Shown one piece after another: positions 25,555 through 36,800 of a stretch of 64,000 nucleotides of DNA. The stretch's first letter is position 1, and each line of letters starts with the position of its first letter. A program made the translations under genes and the position numbers. The stretch comes from Heptranchias perlo (Eukaryota), in contig NC_090327.1 in assembly GCF_035084215.1 (NCBI RefSeq), forward strand, positions 50,220,001 through 50,284,000, given 5' to 3'. A model generated the notes under the pieces. The model searched no databases. It was not told the DNA's origin and worked only from the letters and a program-made list of their open reading frames with translations.

Positions 25555-25692
25555 AACGATTCTCCGCCGCCTCGAGCCGCACGAAAACAAGGAACGCGCA
25601 TCGGCTCGGGGCCGACTCGGTGGCACTTCCGGTAAACTGGCTGTCACTCGGCGAAGGGGCGGGTCAAAGGGGAGCCAGCGACAAAATGGCGG
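25555..25692. promoter_or_regulatory. Bidirectional CpG-island promoter shared by CHMP4C and ZFAND1
   Basis: CpG-rich about 25360-25880; ETS/GABP site CACTTCCGG 25624-25632; GC box GGGGCGGG 25656-25663; YY1-like CAAAATGGCGG overlapping the ZFAND1 ATG. Confidence 0.8.
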
Positions 25693-25740
25693 AGTTGGAG
25701 ATCGGACGGCATTGTGCGGTGCAGCACTGTGGACAGTTAG
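25686..25740 (+). CDS. ZFAND1: ZFAND1 coding exon 1
   Basis: MAELEIGRHCAVQHCGQL, AG|gtatga donor; 55 bp. Confidence 0.93.
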
Positions 25741-25989
25741 GTATGAACCTGGGAGGAGTAGGTACAGGTCAGAATAGAAGTATGACTATACCGTGTAAAT
25801 AGTAGCTGCGACGGGAATATCTTTAATTGAAGTCCTATCAACGGGAAGCGGCTGAAAAACCCACTTCGCTGCACTGCCTTTGGACTGAAGCTGGCACTCA
25901 AGCAATAGTCTGACCATAACACTGCACAGTTTGATCAGCTTCCTCTGACTTATATTCAGCTGCTTTGGCTATGAAGTTTTAACTGGCTG

Positions 25990-26860
25990 CTCTAATTTCA
26001 CTGTCTCTCCTAGTTTGATATCATCTGCAAATTTGGCTAATTTATATTGGGTTTCTGAGTCCAAATCATTGATGTAAATTAGATATAGTAGTACTAACAG
26101 ATCCCTGGGACACCCCACTCAGTGTAACTCCTCTCACATGTACCTGTTGTTTTCTACCATTCAGCCAGTTTCTTATTTATACCCCTACAGCTTTGAGCTT
26201 AACTAATACCCTTTCACACAGAACTTTGTCAATGCCCTCTAGAAGTCATGACACAATATTTTCATTGGGATTACCATTATCCACTTGGGATATTACATCC
26301 TCTGAAATCAAGGAGTTTGGTCAAGCAGTATCTGCTCCTAATCATTATTGCACAGATTCAAGTTTACACTTGATAATTGATTCCATTATTTTACACACAA
26401 TTGAAATAAGATTAATGGTTATATAGTTGCTTGAGACTGATTTGTAAGCCATTTTGAATATGGGCAGCATGTTGGCCTGTTTCCAATCGAATATTATTTT
26501 CCCCTATGTCGAGTGACTCCTTCATAATTGTCAGTGCCTCACATCTCCTCCCTTGTCGCCTTTAGCATTCAGATAAATAACCATCTATCCCTGAGAATTA
26601 TTTTTTTTGAGCTCTTTCGCCCTGTCTAGGACTTCCATCTCTGTTATATTGAAGTCATTAATTTTGACTGGGATAACTGTTGGAGGAGGGCATGTTGCTC
26701 ATTATCTCCCTATGATTACTTGGGGGAAGTAATTCAGAAAAGTTTACTATCCTGTTTTTGTCATTCTGTGGTTGCTGTCCCCAAGGGTGCCACAAGTTCC
26801 TTTTTTTGTACTTTAGGTTATTTACAAATACCAGGTCAAGATGAGCACTACCTCTTGTGG
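25990..26860 (-). mobile_element. Old, degraded CR1 RT remnant
   Basis: Reverse strand reads KFADDIKL and GVPR-like remnants (tatcatctgcaaattt; ccctgggacacccc). Confidence 0.55.
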
Positions 26861-27390
26861 CTCCTCTAATGACCCTGTGTATTTGATCTTAAATAAGCAG
26901 TGAAAAATTGGAAGTCAGGGGTAGGGAGAGGAAATTACCATCTAAATGTCACAACACTGGAAGAGTGAAACTTCGCAGTCCTTGACAGGAATGCACTATG
27001 TGATTTCCTTTTCACGTGTGTGCACACACACTTGTGGCCCCCAACAAGGATATACATTTCTAGTCTTACAAACAAGTGTATAAAGCACGTTTATTAAACG
27101 TGTTTACTGGAAATTTGGCTCCAAAATCAGACTCAATATATATGTCTGATATATATATATATAAATAAGGTTAATGATTATATGTTACCAGATAATCATT
27201 AACCTTATTTTATGATTATATGTAAGTCAATTGTGAACTTAGAGAATTAACTGAATTTTTTTTCTCATTGGTATAATTGCCAAAAAGTCATTCCAGGTAA
27301 ATGCTGAAGTAATTTTAAGTGAATAGCAAATAAGCTGTCAAAATAGCTGATGAGTTTTGTAAAACTAACCAGCATTCTCCCATCTTTCAG

Positions 27391-27433
27391 ATTTTCTACC
27401 ATTTGTTTGTGATGAATGCTCAGGAACTTACTG
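27391..27433 (+). CDS. ZFAND1: ZFAND1 coding exon 2
   Basis: tctttcag | (D)FLPFVCDECSGTY(C) | gtacag; AN1 zinc finger; 43 bp. Confidence 0.92.
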
Positions 27434-27583
27434 GTACAGTATTGTTCATCGAAATAAGCAGCTACAATTCTAACTAAGAAAATGCATTATATTAATATAA
27501 CAATAGGGATGATTCCTCTTAGTTCTTCCAGCCTTTTATTAAATATTGCAGTTGGTATACCATATATTCTTCCTTTTCTTTAG

Positions 27584-27623
27584 CCTTGAACATAGAAGTA
27601 AAGATGCTCATGGTTGTTCTGGG
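27584..27623 (+). CDS. ZFAND1: ZFAND1 coding exon 3
   Basis: tttctttag | LEHRSKDAHGCSG | gtgagt; 40 bp. Confidence 0.92.
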
Positions 27624-28759
27624 GTGAGTTTTTGTAAATTGAACATGTGCATGTAGTATTTTATGCTTTTGAGCATTAATGTGGGCAATAGATAGATCAC
27701 TTTCCCCTGTATTTAAATAGATCACAAAGAATCTTCTGTGTCACATTGTGCTGCAGGCCCCTGTTTGGAATGTGCCAGATGATTTTGAGTGATTATTTTT
27801 AACCACTTGAAACATATTTCTGAATTAGATGGTTTTAACTGTATTAAGGCAACATTTGAAAGTCCTCTTTTTGTTGGGAAGTCTAAATCTCAATTTCCAT
27901 TATGATTACAGGACTAGTCATAGGCTTGCGCTAAATTTATCAATGTTGCCCTGAGGCAAAAAGGCACATATTTCAGTGGTGCAATTCGGGGTGTGTTCTA
28001 CGCTTCGGTTGAGGCAAATTATCATGACATCTGAAGGGAGATTTTATTGTATCTGCCTCATCATATTTTATCAGAAGTACCTTATGATATTGGGGTTAAA
28101 TGAAAAAAGATACACTTTGCTGTAAAACAAGTTAAAATATGTGCACATAACTAGGACAGTGAATTTCCTGATAAGACAAAATGTATTGTTTTCTTATAAC
28201 ACAGCCCTTGTAAAAAAAAAGCCCCTCCCATTCAGAGATGCTCTATTAATTCACCGAACCATAAGTGGATGGTAGTGGAGGTGAGGCGTTTCCTACAAGG
28301 ACAGAAGCTTAACAGGCAAGTTCCCCTAAGCTCCACTTGTACAGCTCCTAATGGGCACGACAGCAAATATTTGGTAGGAAACTGAGAGGTTATTACCTAC
28401 TTTCTCACTTGCTGATAAATAATGCAGGAAGGAACATAAAGTGAGTATCAATATATCAGTTGAATTGGAATATTCATAGAAAAAATTCTTTAACATTTGT
28501 GTGGCAATGTAACCTATTAAGTAAATGTGCTCATTTGCATAATTTATTGAGATGCTACAAACTTGATGTAATTTTCTGGAAGATTTCCCAGATATATTCT
28601 ATCCACAAAAACAGGATCTAACCTGTTAAATTACCACCCTATCACCCTCCTCAGGAAAATGGTGGAATGAGTCATCAACAGTGCCATTAAGTGACACATA
28701 CACACAAATAACCAGCTTGCCGATGCTCAGTTCTAGTCCTGCCAGAAATGCTCGGTTCC

Positions 28760-31230
28760 AGATCTTGTCACAGCCTTGATCCAGACACCAACATGAGCTG
28801 AATGCCTGAGGAGAGGTGGGAGTAGCTGTCCTCAAAATCAAGACAGCATTTGACAAAGGAGCCCTAGCAAAACTGAGGTCAATAATTACACAGAATTTAC
28901 AGCACAGAAACAGGCCATTCAGTCCAACTGGTCTGTGCTGGTGTTTATGCTCCACATGAGCCTTTTCCCATCCTACTTCATCTAACCCCATCAGGATATC
29001 CTTCTATCCCTTTCTCCCACGTATTTATTTAGCTTCCCCTTAAATGCATTTATGCTATTTGCCTCAACTACTCCATGTGTTAGCAAGCTCCACATTCTAA
29101 CCACTCTGGATAAAGTAGTTTCTCCTGAATTCTTTATTGGATTTATTAGTGACTACCTTATATTTATGGCTCCTAGTTTTGGATTCCCCCACAAGGGGAT
29201 CGGGTGGGAAAGTGGAGTTGAGGTCAAAGATCAGTCTCAAGGGCAATTAGGGATGGGCAATAAATGCTGGCTTTGCCAGCGACTCCCACATCCCATGAAC
29301 GAATTTTAAAAAAGGATCTTATTGAATGGCGGAGCATGCTTGAGGGGGCGTATGGCCTACTCCTGCTCCTATTTCTTATGTTCTTATGAAACATCTTCTC
29401 TACGTCTACCCTATCAAACCCCTTCATAATTTTAAAGACCTCTATAACATCACCCCTCAGCCTTCTCTTTTCTAGAGAAAAGAGCCCCAGCCTGTTCAGT
29501 CTTTCCTGCTAGTTATAACCTCTCAGTTCTGGTATCATCCTTGTAAATCTTTTTTGTACCTTCTCCAGTGCCCCTATACCCTTTTTGTAATATGGAGATC
29601 AGAACTGTACACAGTACTCCCAAGTGTGGTCTAACTCAGGTTTGTACAAGTTTAACATAACTTCCCTGCTTTTCAATGCTATTCCTCTAGCAATAAACCC
29701 CACTCCTTTGTTTGCATTTTTTATGGCCATATTAACTTGCGTTGCTACTTTTAATGATTTGTGAATGTGTACCCCTAGATCCCTTTGCTCCTCTACTCCA
29801 TTTAGACTCTTACTTTCCAAGGAGTATGTGGCCTTCTTATTCTTCCTATCAAAATTCAAAATAATGGTGAATGGGAAAACACTTCATTGGCTGGAGTTGT
29901 GCCTGACACAAAGGAAGATGGTTGTGGATGTCAGAGACCATTCGTTGCAGTCCCAGGACATCGCTGCAGGAGTTCCTCAGGGACATGTCCTCAGCCCAAC
30001 CATTTTCATCTGCTGCTTCAATGAGCACCTCTCCATTAGAATATCAGGAGTGGAGCTGTTATCGACAATTCTGTAGTGTTTGGCTCCATTTACAACTGCT
30101 CCAACAATGAAACAGTCCTTATCACTCACACAGGACTTAGATAATATCCAAGCACAGACAACATCCAGGCACAGACTGGCAAGTGTCGGGTAACATTCGT
30201 GCCAAGTAATGACCAACACAAAAAAGGGAAAGCCCAGCCACTTACCCCGACCTTCAATCGCACCACCATTTCCAGGTCTACTGACCACCAATATCTTGAG
30301 GGTCACCATTGACCTGAAGCTTAACTGGACCAGCCATATCAACCCCATAGCTATGAGAGTAGGGCAGAGGCTGGGTACTGTGTGACAAGTGGCTTACTTC
30401 CTGATCCCTCAAGGCTCAAATTAGGAGTGTGGTGGGTGCAGCCTCAACAACAATTCAAAAGCAAAATACTGCGGATGCTGGAAATCTGAAATAAAACAGA
30501 AAATGCTGGAAAAGCTCAGCAAGAGAGGCAGCATCTGTGGGGAAAGAAACAGTTAACGTTTCAGGTCGAAGACCTTTTGTCAGAGCTGGAAGATGTTAAG
30601 AGTTAAAGTTTTTAAGCAAGTACAGAGCCAGTGAAAGGGGGATGGAGGGGAGGAAAGAACAAAAGGGAAAGTCTGGGATAGGGTGGAGGGATTAAATGAC
30701 AAAAGGGATGATGGTAATGGGACAAGTTAAGAAACAAAAGATTGGTCTAGAAGAGCTTTGAATGGCAACAGCAGAACCATTACCAGCACTTGCTGTCTGA
30801 AAAAATGGGAGCGGTCGTTATGATCTGAAGTTATTGAAATCATTGTTGAGTCCAGAAGGTTGTAAAGTGCCTAATCAAAAGATGAGGTGCTGTTCCTCGA
30901 GCTTATGTTGACAACAATTGATAAACTCAACACCATCCAGGGCATATCAGTTCGCTTGATCGGCCCCTGCCACTGGACTCAACACCCTTCCCCTCTACAT
31001 TGCACCATAAGGATATGCTGCAAAACCCCAGGGAGCCTACTTTAGTGCTACCATGCTCTGTGACCCTCCGTTCCAGTTTTGCCAAAACCCGAACCCTGTG
31101 CTACCAAAGCTTGATGCCGCAAGTGCAGCTAAACTCACTTCCTTTGCCCATTACCACCATCATCTCACGGCAGCTAGGGATGTGTGATAAATGTGGCCTT
31201 GCCAGCATCTCTTGTATCCCAAAACAAATA
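28760..31230. mobile_element. Nested cluster: old CR1-Zenon-like LINE (+) interrupted by CR1 (-, about 28885-29855), short tails (+, about 29195-29387) and a Penelope fragment
   Basis: Zenon-like pieces resume colinearly after each insertion (AFDK..., WLELCLTQRKMVV, KLNWTSHI, tail gggatgtgtgataaatg). Confidence 0.75.
30456..30910 (-). mobile_element. Penelope-like element 3' fragment (GIY-YIG C-terminus plus pseudo-LTR)
   Basis: Minus strand reads KLEEQHLIF*LGTLQPSGLNNDFNNFR, then the same terminal sequence as 3994-4235; TSD acaacaatt at 30447-30455 and 30911-30919. Confidence 0.8.
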
Positions 31231-32040
31231 AAAAGAAAGAAAATATAAACATTCTAATTACTGTCTTCTGTGAGACACATAGACAGAAAGGCAGACCGAG
31301 AGACATGTACAGAGGATATACTTGCAAGATTGAATCATAAAGCACCAAATTTGATGTTTGCATAGATCTCTTAGAAAGTTACAAACCAGTGCTGCCAGAC
31401 CTGGGATACTTTACCTCTTCCCTCACTGCTGATGGATACTAGTGAGTCAGATCTCACATTCTACCCCGCTTCCTGCCAAACCTCAGTTTCCCTCACTCCA
31501 CAGTGATGCAAGACCAAAGGATCCCTCACCATGCTGCAAAACCCCAGGGAGCCTGCTACCATGCTCCGTGACCCTCCATTCCAGTTTTGCCAAAACCCCA
31601 AACCCTGTGCTACCAAAGCTTGATGCCCCAAGTGCAGCTAAACTCATTTCCTTTGCTCAGTACTGCTAAATATCCAGGGTGGTATCTAACTTCAACTGCT
31701 ATGTCTTGCTGTGCAGTCTCTATTTTAAGAGAGAAAAACTAAATGCATTGGTAAAATAATGTATATAAAATAAAGACCACTTATTTGGTTTTCACAGAAT
31801 AATGGACAGAATTGTGGAATTCTCTTGCCATTACACCAGGAAAATACCAGAATATAATTTAAGAAAAATGAAATTTAAATTACTCTGTAAATCAGTGGTC
31901 ATAATGTTATCCCTACATGGCGAAAACATACCTATACACTGTGAGCAACACAATGGGAGATCCCTGCTAGTACGTAGTAACATTTAGTGTGCTACAAAGT
32001 CAGGGAGCTAAATATTTAAAGTCTGAAATTCAAATTTCAG

Positions 32041-32168
32041 GTTTGTTTAAGGAAGGAACCAGTGAAATCTGAAGGAACCTCACCTTACAACTGTACATAC
32101 AAAAGCTGTAAGGCAAAAGAACTCTTGCCAGTAATTTGCCCGTATTGTGAGAAACACTTTTGTCTGGG
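32041..32168 (+). CDS. ZFAND1: ZFAND1 coding exon 4
   Basis: VCLRKEPVKSEGTSPYNCTYKSCKAKELLPVICPYCEKHFCL; second AN1 finger; tttcag / gtgagt; 128 bp. Confidence 0.93.
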
Positions 32169-32248
32169 GTGAGTATTTGTGTAAGTTGAATTCTGATACT
32201 GGTGTTGGTTAAGTTTTGTACTTCAGTATGTTCGTGTTTATGTTACAG

Positions 32249-32340
32249 GCATCGACACCAGTCAGAACATGACTGTGAAAAGCAAGAGGTGCCTAAATCA
32301 CATTTCGTTGTCACTCAGCAAGTAGTAAAAGAGACTGTTG
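32249..32340 (+). CDS. ZFAND1: ZFAND1 coding exon 5
   Basis: HRHQSEHDCEKQEVPKSHFVVTQQVVKETV; ttacag / gtaagt; 92 bp. Confidence 0.93.
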
Positions 32341-32987
32341 GTAAGTACTGCATTACCATTCATAAGCAGCATAGCCATTCTATATCTTACATTATCCATT
32401 GTGACCTGGCTACCAGTAAATTAATATTTAGAGTCTAATCAAATGCTCAAAAAGTATGTGTCAGCTTAGTGAAAACTAAAAATACAATAACAAATTGTAC
32501 ATTCCTTGTTGTAGTAGAACAGGAAATTATTGGAATTTTGTGGATACTGTTGTTTTGTGCTGATCCCTGATCAAAGGGTGAGGCCAGACACACCTTTTTT
32601 TCAGGCCTTTTTCTAAAGCAACTGTAGTCAGCTACTGGTAGGTTTATGACATCAGTGCAGATTAACACTTTCCTACCTTTCTGGAGGACTATTTCATATG
32701 TCCAGGCTGAGGTCCTTAATTCACTGCATGGATAGTGTATGCATAATCTTTCATGTATCACTCAGCAGCACCTGCATAGCCTATTTGGTTCTCCTCTTTG
32801 CAATTAGTGTTAAATTTCACAGAATGGAAATGATATATTTGTTCCAAGGACAGGTGACAATAAGTTGCATCTGCTCAAGCATAATCTTATTGGTTTTAAA
32901 TGGGCAGGTAAATTATTAGCTCATCCATTGTTAATATTGCTTTTTGTCATGCAGTGTGTTTGAATTAAAATTTTTTTTAATCAAAAG

Positions 32988-33106
32988 CCAAGAAAGCAAT
33001 CCCACCGAAGAAAGGAAGAAAAGGAGCAAAGAACAATGAGACTGCTGCAAAAGTGGCACTTATGAAGCTGAAACTGCATGCTGTTGGAGTCGGGTCCATA
33101 CCACAG
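32988..33106 (+). CDS. ZFAND1: ZFAND1 coding exon 6
   Basis: AKKAIPPKKGRKGAKNNETAAKVALMKLKLHAVGVGSIPQ; donor CAG|gttaat; acceptor is a weak aaaag after a T tract, so the start is less certain. Confidence 0.82.
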
Positions 33107-33879
33107 GTTAATGTCAGTCTATCTAAGGTGAAATCTTCACTGAAGCTGCCCCGATGAGGATAGTGCATATTGTGATGAATTTCCAATTTTTAAACCATGT
33201 CTCGGAGCTGCTTTTTAGTCACTATTATGCTCTCGAAACAGATGCAGACAGAGTGTAAAAATTGGTAAAGATCAGTCCCAGTAGGTCTCTGACCATGCTG
33301 CATGCTAATCACATTTTTGTACGGGTTGGACAGGTAGCAGAATTTCCAGCCCAAAATAGGTGGGAGTTTCATATTTTAAATGAGCAGAGAAGTGGTGGTA
33401 TTTAGATTTAACATAGTTTATGACATGATTACACTTGTTCCTCATGCCCATATAACTTCAGCATCCAAGACTTACCATTTGAGTGTCAAAGTATTTAAAG
33501 GGGCAACAGGTGTCTTCTGAATTTGTTATTTTATCAACCCATTATTCAAATTAAATTTCTATTACAATTCTCCGCGCTATATGCAAAAGGGAGGGATTTT
33601 GGTGACTCTAGTTTTGAAAAATTCCTGGACCTTTGAATGATAGGTGCCCTTGTAGGAATTCATCTTTATTCATCTTACTTGGAGAAAAAGGAACAATGCA
33701 AGGATTGTAAGTAACACCATGCACCAATGCGCCCTTGCGCTGCCAATTGAGTACACAGGCAAAGGCACTTGTCAGAGGTGCAATGCAGATGAAAGTAGTG
33801 CTTCTTCAGGAAGAAAGTAGCAGTTGTGTTGCATACTGGAAAGTGACCTGCAGCGAACTTGCCTATTTGCTGTAAAGGT

Positions 33880-36800
33880 GCACCTGGGCAGGGCCGGGAC
33901 CGCTGTCCTAGGAGGAGTGTTTGCTAGTGCTGTTGGGGAGGGTTTAAACTAAAGTGGCAGGGGGTTGGGAACCTGAGCAGGGAGACAGAGGAAAGCGTAA
34001 CAGGAAGGGACAGAAGGTATGGAGTAAAAGGTAAAGTGTTAAAAAAGGAAAAAGCAGGAACTAAGCGTCACAAAACAGATTTGAAAGTTCTTTATCTGAA
34101 TGCACGTAGCATTTGTAACAAAATGGACGAGTTAACGGCACAAATAACTACGTATGGGTATGATCTTGTGGCCATTACAGAAACATGGCTGCAGGCTGAC
34201 AACGACTGGGAATTAAATATGCCAGGGTATTTAACAATCAGGAAGGACAGGCAGGAAGGAAGGGGAGGTGGGGTGGCTATGTTAATAAAGGAAGGAATCA
34301 CTGTAATACAGATAAATGATATTGGGACAAAGCATCAAGATAATGAAACAGTTTGGGTAGAGATAAGGAATAATAAGGGGAAAAAAACACTAGTGGGCGT
34401 AGTATATAGGCCTCCTAATAGTTGCAACTCTGCTGGAAGAAGTATTAATCAGGAAATAGTCGGGGCATGTAATAAGGGAACAGCTATAATTATGGGGGAT
34501 TTTAACTATCATATTAACTGGACAAATCAAATTGGGCAGAGCAGCCTTGAGGAAGAGTTCATTGAGTGCATCAGGGATGGATTTCTTGAGCAGTATGTAA
34601 CTGATCCTACAAGGGGGCAGGCAACCCTGGACCTGGTCCTGTGTAATGAGTCAGGATTAATTAATAATGTCCTAGTTAAGGATCCCCTTGGAACGAGCGA
34701 CCACAACATGGTTGAATTCCATATCCAATTAGAGGGTGAGAAGGTTGATTCTCAAACAAGCGTACTGAGCTTGAATAAAGGAGACTATGATGGTATGAGA
34801 GCGGAATTGATTAAAGTGGACTGGGAAAATAGATTAAAGGGTAAGACGGTACATGAGCAGTGGTGTTCATTTAGGGAGTTATTTTACAACTTTCAAAATA
34901 AATATATTCCACTGAGGAAAAAAGGGTGTAAAATAAATGACAGCCATCCGTGGCTAAGTAAAGAAATTAAGGATAGTATCCGACTAAAAACAAGGACATA
35001 TAAGGTAGCCAAACTTAGTGGGAGGATAGAAGATTGGGAATTCTTCAAAAGACAGCAAAAAGTAACGAAAGGATTGATTAAGAAAGGGAAGTTAGATTAT
35101 GAAAAGAAATTAGCAAAAAATATAAAAACAGATAGCAGGAGTTTCTATAGTTATATAAAAAGAAAAAGGGTGGCGAAGGCAAACGTAGGTCCCTTAGAGG
35201 ATGAGACCGGGAAATTAATGGTGGGAAACATGGAGATGGCAAAAATGCTGAACAAATATTTTGTTTCAGTCTTTACGGTAGAGGATACTAAGAATATCCC
35301 AACACTGGACAAACAGGGGGCTATACGGGGGGAGGAGCTAAATACGATTAAAATCACTCAGGAGATGGTACTCAGTAAAATAAAGGGACTCAAAGCGGAT
35401 AAATCCCCTGGACCTGATGGCTTACATCCTAGGGTCTTGAGGGAAGTGGCAATAGGGATTGTGGATGCTTTGGTGATAGTTTTCCAAAATTCCCTGGACT
35501 CAGGAGAGGTCCCGGCAGATTGGAAAACTGCTAATGTAACACCGTTATTTAAAAAGGGTAGTAGGCAGAAGGCTGGAAATTATAGGCCAGTTAGCCTAAC
35601 ATCTGTGGTGGGTAAAATTTTGGAGTCTATTATTAAGGAGACAGTAACGGAACATTTAGATAAACATAATTTAATAGGACAAAGTCAGCATGGCTTTATG
35701 AAGGGGAAGTCATGTCTGACAAATTTGCTTGAGTTCTTTGAGGATATAATGTACAGGGTGGATAAAGGGGAACCAGTGGACGTAGTGTATTTAGACTTCC
35801 AGAAGGCATTCGACAAGGTGCCACATAAAAGATTATTACTTAAGATAAAAAATCACGGGATTGGGGGTAATATTCTGGCATGGGTGGAGGATTGGTTATC
35901 GAACAGGAGGCAGAGAGTTGGGATAAATGGTTCATTCTCGGACTGGCAACCAGTAAACAGTGGTGTTCCACAGGGGTCAGTGCTGGGTCCCCAACTCTTT
36001 ACAATCTATATTAACGATTTGGAGGAGGGGACCGAGTGCAACATATCAAAGTTTGCAGATGATACAAAGATGGGAGGGAAAGTAGAGAGTGAGGAGGACA
36101 TAAAAAACCTGCAAGGGGATATAGACAGGCTGGGTGAGTGGGCGGAGATTTGGCAGATGCAATATAATATTGGAAAATGTGAGGTTATTCACTTTGGCAG
36201 GAAAAATCAGAGAGCAAGTTATTTTCTTAATGGCGAGAGACTAGAAAGTACTGCAGTACAAAGGGATCTGGGGGTCCTAGTACAAGAAAATCAAAACGTT
36301 GGTATGCAGGTGCAGCAGGTGATCAAGAAGGCCAACGGAATGTTGGCTTTTATTGCTAGGGGGATAGAATATAAAAACAGGGAGGTATTGCTGCAGTTAT
36401 ATAAGGTATTGGTGAGACCGCACCTGGAATACTGCATACAGTTTTGGTGTCCACACTTAAGAAAAGACATACTTGCTCTCGAGGCAGTACAAAGAAGGTT
36501 CACTCGGTTAATCCCGGGGATGAGGGGGTGGACATATGAGGAGAGGTTGAGTAGATTGGGACTCTACTCATTGGAGTTCAGAAGAATGAGAGGCGATCTT
36601 ATTGAAACATATAAGATTGTGAAGGGGCTTGATCGGGTGGATGCAGTAAGGATGTTCCCAAAGATGGGTGAAACTAGAACTAGGGGGCATAATCTTAGAA
36701 TAAGGGGCTGCTCTTTCAAAACTGAGATGAGGAGAAACTTCTTCACTCAGAGGGTGGTAGGTCTGTGGAATTTGCTGCCCCAGGAAGCTGTGGAAGCTAC

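Noticed and set aside
24712-25647. 311-aa ORF as a standalone novel protein
   Set aside because: It is CHMP4C 5' UTR plus exon 1 reading into an intronic minisatellite; a canonical donor at 25346 splices in phase to exon 2.
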